64,000 bases of DNA from Brevundimonas sp. (GTDB lineage: Bacteria; Pseudomonadota; Alphaproteobacteria; Caulobacterales; Caulobacteraceae): the NCBI RefSeq assembly GCF_036963785.1, contig NZ_JBALUS010000008.1, positions 5,447 to 69,446 of the forward strand, given 5' to 3'. Made by a program: the position numbers and the translations under genes. How positions within the stretch are numbered: position 1 is the first letter of the stretch; each line of letters starts with the position of its first letter. This document shows, piece by piece, positions 57,757 through 64,000 of the stretch. The notes below the pieces were generated by a model. That model saw only the letters and a program-made list of their open reading frames with translations, searched no databases and had not been told where the DNA came from.

Positions 57757-58419
57757 TCAGGCCGCGTCCAGAACGCTGCGGAACAGGGTGGCGCCGTCGG
57801 CGGAGCCCAGTTCGGCCTCGAAGGCGCGGTCGGGGTGGGGCATCATGCCCAGCACATTGCCGCGGGCGTTCTGGATGCCCGCGATCGAATTCACAGAGCC
57901 GTTCGGGTTGTCGACATAGCGGAAGACGACCTGGCCCTCGCCCTCGATGCGCGCCAGGGTCTCGGCGTCGGCGAAGAAGTTTCCGTCGCCATTGCCCTGG
58001 GTCATGATGACCTCGGACTGGTCCTGATAGCCGGCCGTGAAGCGGGTTTTGGGGTTGGCGATCTCGAGCGAGATCGGCTTGCAGACGTATTTCAGCCCGG
58101 CGTTCTTCAACAGGGCGCCGGGCAGCATGCCGGCCTCGCACAGAATCTGGAAGCCGTTGCAGATGCCGACCACGGCCACGCCGTCGTCGGCGGCCTTCTT
58201 CACCGCCTGCATGATCGGGGACTGGGCCGCCATGGCCCCGCAGCGCAGATAGTCGCCGTAGGAGAATCCGCCGGGCAGGACGATCAGGTCGAGGCCTTCG
58301 GGCAGGGTGGTGTCCTGATGCCAGACCATGTCGACGTGCGCGCCGGTCGATCGCTCGACGGCGACCTTGCAGTCACGATCACAGTTGGACCCGGGGAAGA
58401 CGATGACGGCTGCGCTCAT
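57757..58419 (-). CDS. purQ: FGAM synthase glutaminase subunit
   Basis: FPGSNCDRD; [11 protein letters not shown]; GICNGFQ; GMMPHP. Confidence 0.97.
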   Translation of the reverse strand: MSAAVIVFPGSNCDRDCKVAVERSTGAHVDMVWHQDTTLPEGLDLIVLPGGFSYGDYLRCGAMAAQSPIMQAVKKAADDGVAVVGICNGFQILCEAGMLPGALLKNAGLKYVCKPISLEIANPKTRFTAGYQDQSEVIMTQGNGDGNFFADAETLARIEGEGQVVFRYVDNPNGSVNSIAGIQNARGNVLGMMPHPDRAFEAELGSADGATLFRSVLDAA

Positions 58420-58452
58420 GGCGCGGGCCTCTAGCAGGGTTCGCGGGGTTTG

Positions 58453-59100
58453 TCAGGACGCTGGCGACGCATCGCCGTAGTTGTAGCGATGCCGGATCAG
58501 AATGGCGCCGTCATCGTCCTGTTCCGCATAGGTGTACATCTCGACGTCCTGGTAGAAGGGGCTGCCCCGTGTCGTGTTCACCCAGGTCCTGGCGCGCACG
58601 ATGAAATCCTCGGGGTTCGGGCCGGTTTTCTCGGCCCCGGTGGTCGTGCCACCTTCCCAGCCGCGGGTCATGGCGAGGGCTTCCTGACGCGTCACGCCGG
58701 GATCGTGCACCGCGCAGACCAGTCCGGATGTGTGATCGACCCCGGCGACGCCATAGACGTAGCGCGTGCCGGGTCCCAGCTCGCCGATCCAGGCGGTCGT
58801 GCGGCGGCCCAGATGGTCGAGGGCCACCCACTGCTCGCGGACGACCTCTGCGTCGCGGACGCCATGCGGGCGGCGGGGTTCGCCGTCGTCCGGGGTGGCG
58901 CCGAGCGCCTTCGCGGCCGTGTCGAACGCCTCCCAGGTGAACCCCTCGTTCGGGCACAGCAGGGCGAACTGGCTGGCAAAGTTGACCGCCGCCTTCGTGT
59001 TGGGATCGACCGGTTCAGGGGGCTCGCGCCCGCAGGCACCGAGGGCCAGCAGGGTCCCCACGATGAATACAGTTGTGCCCTTGTGGCGCGATCGCTCCAT
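58453..59100 (-). CDS. Lipoprotein, hypothetical
   Basis: Lipobox LGAC after a hydrophobic stretch. Confidence 0.6.
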   Translation of the reverse strand: MERSRHKGTTVFIVGTLLALGACGREPPEPVDPNTKAAVNFASQFALLCPNEGFTWEAFDTAAKALGATPDDGEPRRPHGVRDAEVVREQWVALDHLGRRTTAWIGELGPGTRYVYGVAGVDHTSGLVCAVHDPGVTRQEALAMTRGWEGGTTTGAEKTGPNPEDFIVRARTWVNTTRGSPFYQDVEMYTYAEQDDDGAILIRHRYNYGDASPAS

Positions 59101-59230
59101 GTCGGTCCCCTTTTCCTGATGAAGGAAGCGTAGCAGCCGCCCATCGAAATTCCAGTGTACGGTATCTGACATTGGGTGTGTGGCAGGGCCGATGGATTGA
59201 CCGCCGGGGCGGCGCGCGCATCATGGCGCC

Positions 59231-59644
59231 ATGATCCGTACGATCGCCACTGCAGCGCTGGTTCTGGCCGGCGGCGCCTTTGTCCTCACCTGGCTGGAGG
59301 TGCAGAAGGCCACGCGCGTGATCGCGCCCGATGTCTACGTCGCCATCGTTGCGGCGCTGTTCGCCGTCGGCGGGATCTGGCTGGGGTGGAAGACTGCGAC
59401 GCGTCGGCACGGGCCCGATTTCATCCGCAACGAGGCGGCCGTTCGATCACTGGGTCTGACCGGGCAGGAGATGCGGGTGCTGGCGGAGCTGGCGTCCGGA
59501 CGTGCGAACAAGGACATCGCCCGCGCGCTCGGCCTGTCGCCCAATACGGTGAAGACTCATCTGGCCCATCTGTTCGCCAAGCTGGAGGCGGGCACGCGGA
59601 CCGAGGCGGTGGGGCGGGCGCGCGACCTCAGCCTGATCCCCTGA
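59231..59644 (+). CDS. Membrane-anchored LuxR-type HTH regulator
   Basis: Two N-terminal TM segments; LTGQEMRVL..LASG.ANKDIA..L.LSPNTVKTH. Confidence 0.9.
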   Translation: MIRTIATAALVLAGGAFVLTWLEVQKATRVIAPDVYVAIVAALFAVGGIWLGWKTATRRHGPDFIRNEAAVRSLGLTGQEMRVLAELASGRANKDIARALGLSPNTVKTHLAHLFAKLEAGTRTEAVGRARDLSLIP

Positions 59645-59645
59645 G

Positions 59646-59679
59646 CGGGTGAAACGGTCGAATTCACCCGTTCGGGTGA
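59646..59679. promoter_or_regulatory. Probable operator of the DUF4199 gene
   Basis: Perfect palindrome TCACCCG-TT-CGGGTGA (59664-79) plus an extra CGGGTGA half-site at 59646. Confidence 0.55.
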
Positions 59680-59735
59680 TAGGCGCCGGCCCGATCCCGG
59701 CGCAGGGTTGGGCTGACATCAGCGGGGAGGCCGTC

Positions 59736-60269
59736 ATGGCGCGCATCATCTTCATCTACGGGCTGGTTGCCGGCCTGATCATCATCGCCGGGATCATCGG
59801 CACGGTCGCGCTTGCGGGCGACCAGCCGCATGGCAATGTCTGGCTGGGCTATCTGATCATGCTGCTGGGCATGTCGGCGGTGTTCATGGGGGTGAAGCGC
59901 TACCGCGACCATGAGCGCGGCGGAGTGATCCGCTTCCTGCCGGCGCTGGGCGTGGGTCTGGCGATCGCCCTGCTGGCCTCGCTGGCCTATGTGCTGGTCT
60001 GGGAGATCTATCTGGCGGCGACCGACTATGCCTTCATGGACCAGTACATCACCGCCACCCTGGAAGCGCGCCGCGCCGAGGGGCTGTCAGGGGAGGCCTA
60101 TCGCCAGCTGGAGGCCAGCTATCGCGAGATGGCCGTGGCCTACCAGTCCCCCCTCTATCGCCTGCCGATGACTTTTGCGGAGATATTTCCGGTCGGACTG
60201 CTGGTGTCGATCGTCAGCGCCATCCTGCTGCGCAACAGCCGCTTCCTGCCGGCGCGGGCGCGGGCATGA
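59736..60269 (+). CDS. DUF4199-family membrane protein
   Basis: GYLIMLL..S.VF.GVKRYRD...GG.I.F; GGGGAGG SD. Confidence 0.82.
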   Translation: MARIIFIYGLVAGLIIIAGIIGTVALAGDQPHGNVWLGYLIMLLGMSAVFMGVKRYRDHERGGVIRFLPALGVGLAIALLASLAYVLVWEIYLAATDYAFMDQYITATLEARRAEGLSGEAYRQLEASYREMAVAYQSPLYRLPMTFAEIFPVGLLVSIVSAILLRNSRFLPARARA

Positions 60270-60272
60270 ACC

Positions 60273-60737
60273 TCAGCCAACGTTCTCGTAGGTCGCCGTG
60301 ATCGACGCCTTGGCGAGCGTGTGGAAATGCAGGTTGAAGCCGTATTTGGCGCCGGAGTCCTCGGGCGTGACCTCCAGACGGTCCGTGTCGACGGCGAAGA
60401 CGGTGAAGATATAGCGGTGCGGGCCGTGGCCGGGGGGCGGGGCAGCGCCACCATAGCCCGGCTCACCGAAATCGGTGCGGCCCTCGACCGCCCCGGAGGG
60501 CAGGGGACCGCCGGCGGCGATCTCGGTCACATCGGCGGGGATGTTGGCGACCGTCCAGTGCCAGAAGCCCGAGCCGGTCGGGGCATCGGGATCGAAGACG
60601 GTGATGGCGTAGGACTTTGTGCCCTCCGGCGCGCCGGACCACTTCAGATGCGGCGAGGTGTTGCCCTTCGCCTGGACCTGGGCGTCGGGCAGGATTCCGC
60701 CGTCGGTGATGTCCGTGGAGGTAAGGGTGAAGGTCAT
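60273..60737 (-). CDS. YbhB/YbcL (PEBP) protein
   Basis: DPDAPTGSGFWHW; GAAPPPGHGPHRY. Confidence 0.93.
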   Translation of the reverse strand: MTFTLTSTDITDGGILPDAQVQAKGNTSPHLKWSGAPEGTKSYAITVFDPDAPTGSGFWHWTVANIPADVTEIAAGGPLPSGAVEGRTDFGEPGYGGAAPPPGHGPHRYIFTVFAVDTDRLEVTPEDSGAKYGFNLHFHTLAKASITATYENVG

Positions 60738-60820
60738 GGCGTTGCTCCTGTTCCTCTTGCGTCTGTCCCTGAGGAATGCGTGGCGCGCGCGGATGTTCTC
60801 GACCCGGGGTTCGCGACGGC

Positions 60821-61186
60821 TCAGATCAGCCGATTGACCCAGATGACGAGAAAGGCACCGACGCCCGCCCCCAGAAACGCGAGGGCGAGCCCGTTGACGG
60901 CCCGGACGTAGCGCGGCGCGGGCTGGAGGGCGTAGCGCGCCTTCACGATCGTGCTGATGCAGCTGATCGACAGAAAGCCGCTGATGGCCAGCGATGCGAT
61001 GATCACCAGCAGGGTGGCCGGCGGAGGGGCCTCGTCAGCCGTCCCGGTAACGGTCAGCACGCCCCCGAGGACCAGCAGACACAAGGTCAGCAGATATTTG
61101 GACAGGTCATACAGCAGCAGATCGGGACTGTGCGCAGGATCGACCGGCGCAAGGGTCGGCGACGTCGCCTCGTCTTCGATGTGCAT
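60821..61186 (-). CDS. Small membrane protein with three TM segments
   Basis: GGAGG SD immediately after the purS stop. Confidence 0.65.
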   Translation of the reverse strand: MHIEDEATSPTLAPVDPAHSPDLLLYDLSKYLLTLCLLVLGGVLTVTGTADEAPPPATLLVIIASLAISGFLSISCISTIVKARYALQPAPRYVRAVNGLALAFLGAGVGAFLVIWVNRLI

Positions 61187-61198
61187 GACCCGACCTCC

Positions 61199-61432
61199 CT
61201 AATCGACCTCGATACGGTAGCTCTCGATGACCGTGTTGGCGAGCAGGGTGTCGCACATCTTCTTGACCTCGGCCTCGACGTCGTCACCGGCGTAGTCGAA
61301 CTGGATCAGCTTGCCGACGCGGGCCTCGCTGACGCCGGTCCAGCCCAGACCATTGAGGGCGCCCTCGACGGCCTTGCCCTGCACGTCCAGCACGCCGGGT
61401 TTGAGGAAGATGTGAACCTTGACCTTGGCCAT
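61199..61432 (-). CDS. purS: FGAM synthase subunit S
   Basis: VHIFLKPGVLDVQGKAV; LLANTVIESY. Confidence 0.95.
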   Translation of the reverse strand: MAKVKVHIFLKPGVLDVQGKAVEGALNGLGWTGVSEARVGKLIQFDYAGDDVEAEVKKMCDTLLANTVIESYRIEVD

Positions 61433-62190
61433 CAGTGCAGTCCCCCCTGAATCACGGTCGGCATATCCTTCATGATGCCGAGGCGGCGGGCCACCTCGGT
61501 ATAGCTTTCGATGACATTTCCCAGGTCGCGGCGGAAGCGGTCCTTGTCCAGCTTTTCGCCGGTGGTGGAATCCCACAGGCGGCAGCTGTCGGGGCTGATC
61601 TCGTCCGCGAGGATGACGCGGCTGAAGTCGTTTTCCCAGACACGGCCGAACTCGATCTTGAAGTCGATCAAGGTGATGCCGACCGCGCCGAACATGCCCG
61701 ACAGATAGTCGTTGACCCGCACGGTCATGGCCAGGATGTCGTCCAGCTCCTGGGTGGTGGCCCAGTTGAAGGCGGTGATGTGCTCTTCGGTGACCATGGG
61801 GTCGTTGAGCTCATCCTTCTTGTAGTAGAATTCGATGATCGAGCGGGGCAGGGGGGTGCCCTCCTCGATGCCGAGGCGCTGGCTCATCGAGCCGGCCACG
61901 ACGTTGCGGCACACGACCTCGAGCGGGATGATCTCGACCTCGCGGATCAGCTGCTCGCGCAGGTTCAGCCGCTTGATGAAGTGGTTGGTCACGCCGATGC
62001 CGTTCAGGCGCGACATGACGAATTCGCTGATGCGGTTGTTGAGGACGCCCTTGCCCTCAAGCTGGGCCTTTTTCTCGCCGTTGAAGGCGGTGGCGTCGTC
62101 CTTGAAATACTGGATCAGGGTGCCGGGCTCGGGCCCCTCGTAGAGGATCTTGGCCTTGCCTTCATAGAGCTTCTTGCGCTTGGCGTTCAT
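61432..62190 (-). CDS. purC: SAICAR synthase
   Basis: LYEGKAK; KDDATAFNG; IDFKIEFG; [13 protein letters not shown]. Confidence 0.97.
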   Translation of the reverse strand: MNAKRKKLYEGKAKILYEGPEPGTLIQYFKDDATAFNGEKKAQLEGKGVLNNRISEFVMSRLNGIGVTNHFIKRLNLREQLIREVEIIPLEVVCRNVVAGSMSQRLGIEEGTPLPRSIIEFYYKKDELNDPMVTEEHITAFNWATTQELDDILAMTVRVNDYLSGMFGAVGITLIDFKIEFGRVWENDFSRVILADEISPDSCRLWDSTTGEKLDKDRFRRDLGNVIESYTEVARRLGIMKDMPTVIQGGLH

Positions 62191-62472
62191 GTGCATTCCG
62201 AAGGCCGGATCACCGGCGGGACGAAGGAACTCGCGGGCTGGAATCGCCGTTCGGGCCGGGAATATCCGGGGCGAAAGACTGAGGGCAAGGCCAGGCCGTT
62301 GAGGGGGAAGGGATGGTGGCCCTCCTTAGCGGAAGCCGGGCCGGGTGACAAACCTTGGGCGGGTGCCAATCCTGCCTCCTGCGACAACGACTTTTGTTGC
62401 GTTCGGTCACGGGCGGGGTATAGACCGCCCTGCGCGCCAACACGGGGCCCGCGACAGGAGCATTTGACGCCC

Positions 62473-62796
62473 ATGACCACCTTCGACGATCGGGAAAAAG
62501 GGTTCGAGTCCAAATACGCCCTCGATCAGGAGCAGGAGTTCAAGGTCATGGCCCGGCGCAACAAGCTGCTGGGTCTCTGGGCCGCTGAAAAGATGGGCCT
62601 GTCCGCCGAAAGCGCCGAACAGTATGCCGCCGCCGTGGTCCGCGCCGACTTCGAACAGCCGGGCGAGGAGGACGTGTTCCGCAAGATCGCCGGTGACTTC
62701 AAGGGCGCTGGCCTGACCGCCTCGGAAGGCGAGATCCGCAGCAAGATGGACGAACTGTCCTCCATCGCCCGCGACCAGGTCCGAAACGACGTCTGA
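62473..62796 (+). CDS. DUF1476-family protein
   Basis: MTTFDDREKGFESKYALDQE; ARRNKLLGLWAA; AGGAG SD. Confidence 0.9.
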   Translation: MTTFDDREKGFESKYALDQEQEFKVMARRNKLLGLWAAEKMGLSAESAEQYAAAVVRADFEQPGEEDVFRKIAGDFKGAGLTASEGEIRSKMDELSSIARDQVRNDV

Positions 62797-62826
62797 TCGT
62801 CGTCGCATTCCAGATTCAGATACGAC

Positions 62827-62863
62827 AATGGCCGCGCCCGTGAGGACGCGGCCATTTCGTTTT
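62827..62863 (+). terminator. Rho-independent terminator
   Basis: AATGGCCGCG/CGCGGCCATT stem followed by TCGTTTT. Confidence 0.75.
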
Positions 62864-62938
62864 GGGTGACTTCATGGATCACCCGGTTCGGTCCCGCGCG
62901 ACGAAGGATGAGGCCGCGCGGGAACGAAGGTCGCTCGA

Positions 62939-63525
62939 TCAGTTCGGCATGACCACGGTGTCGATGGCGTGGATGATGCCGTTCGAGGCGGCGACGTCGG
63001 CCATCACCACTTTCGAGGTGTTGCCGGCTTCGTCCGTCAGGGTGACGGTGCCGTCAACGACGGTGGCGGTCAGGGTGCCGCCCTGCACGGTCGTCAGGGT
63101 AGCCGAACCGCCGCCCGCGTCGATCTGCTGGGTCAGGGCCGCAGCATCCACCCGGCCCGGAACCACGTGATAGGTCAGGATGCCGGTAAGGGCGTCACGC
63201 TGGTCGGGCTGCATCAGGCCGTTACGCGTCTCGGCCGGGATTTTCTCGAAGGCGGCGTTGGTCGGGGCGAAGACGGTGAAGGGGCCTGCACCGTTCAGGG
63301 TATCCACCAGCTCGGCCGACTGGACGGCGCTGACCAGGGTCGAGAAGTCGGGGTTCCCTGGGCGACGGCGACAACGGTGCCGTCAGCAGCAGGGGCCATG
63401 GTGTCGGTCGCGGCCGGTTCCATGGCGTCGGTGGCGGGGGCTTCCGGCTCGCTGTTGCAGGCGGCCAGGCCGAGGATGGCGACGGCCGATACGGCAGTCA
63501 TGACGCGGATGCGGGTAAATTTCAT
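62939..63525 (-). pseudogene. Fasciclin (FAS1) lipoprotein with a 1-nt frameshift near 63357
   Basis: Lipobox LAAC frame reads to AQG; the next frame gives NPDFSTLVSAVQSAELVDTLNGAGPFTVFAPTNAAF...HAIDTV. Confidence 0.8.
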
Positions 63526-63571
63526 TTTTGCTTCTCCTGAGACGAACCGCACAGGGCGGCAGTCAGGGAGA

Positions 63572-63596
63572 TACTGTTGAGACCCGAAAAGGATGC
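63572..63596 (-). promoter_or_regulatory. Putative SigK-type ECF promoter of the fasciclin gene
   Basis: GCATCC-N15-AGTA; shares GCATCC.TTTC with the site at 37631. Confidence 0.45.
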
Positions 63597-63641
63597 GTCG
63601 GTCAGAAATGGGGTGACCGGATCACATGTCCGCGACCGGCC

Positions 63642-64000
63642 TTAGCTGTTCCCGAAAACACGTGCGAAAACAGTGTCCACGTGCTTGGTGTGGTAGCCGA
63701 TGTCGAACAGGGCCTCGAGCTCTGCCTGCGACAGGATGACCCGGTCGTCGGCCTTCAGGAAGTCGAGGAAGCGGCCCTCGCCGCGCCAGACCTTCATGGC
63801 GTTCTCCTGAACCGCGGCATAGGCGTCCTCGCGCGACACGCCGGCCTGGGTGAGGGCCAGCATGACCCGCTGCGAATGGACGAGGCCGCCCAGCAGGTTG
63901 AGGTTCTTTTCCATATTGGCCGGATAGACGTTCAGTCGCTCGACCACGCCGGCCAGCCGGTGCAGGGCAAAGTCGAGGTGGATGGTGGCGTCCGGGCCGA
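63642..64000 (-). CDS. purB: Adenylosuccinate lyase, C-terminal part
   Basis: LDFALHRL..VVERL.VYPANM; SQRVMLALTQAG.SREDAY. Confidence 0.93.
   Translation of the reverse strand, partial: GPDATIHLDFALHRLAGVVERLNVYPANMEKNLNLLGGLVHSQRVMLALTQAGVSREDAYAAVQENAMKVWRGEGRFLDFLKADDRVILSQAELEALFDIGYHTKHVDTVFARVFGNS

Noticed and set aside
62191-62340. ZTP or other purine riboswitch in the long purC leader
   Set aside because: The conserved ZTP elements (for example the GCCUGGGC 3' motif) were not found; an Rfam scan would settle it
748-62796. Many long antisense or alternate-frame ORFs in the track (e.g. 748-2025, 9618-11366, 43412-45235, 51427-53187, 61435-62472)
   Set aside because: Shadow ORFs opposite or overlapping well-supported genes, as expected in high-GC DNA; no recognisable motifs

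Overview
High-GC alphaproteobacterial chromosome, Caulobacteraceae-like (probably Brevundimonas, inferred from gene content and order). It is mostly core genome: flgFGAH/fliLM, two flagellins with flaG and a flaEY-like gene, tRNA-Leu(UAA), pyk, rnhB, tag, dihydroorotase, erpA-dgt-SPOR-nagZ-scpAB, xth, cca, a SigK/RskA-type ECF pair, ssb with a LexA box, phoD and purC/S/Q/L/B. The best candidate for an undescribed system is a low-GC islet at about 12.83-13.39 kb. It encodes two tandem 43-45 aa paralogous peptides with a paeninodin-like lasso leader (W-x-x-P-x-L-x-x-L-D-V), a non-canonical Ala-Glu at the predicted cleavage site, Asp at core position 8 and a C-terminal Ser; no maturation enzymes are present in the window. 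Other points of interest: a stand-alone DUF2793 tail-fibre + holin + endolysin + Rz/Rz1 cassette (possible GTA satellite locus), a candidate ECF-driven two-hairpin sRNA, accessory genes interleaved in the pur cluster, a 34-nt promoter/start shared by purQ and purL, a 9-mer repeat array, and a frameshifted fasciclin gene. All family assignments come from recognising motifs by eye; no database searches were run.
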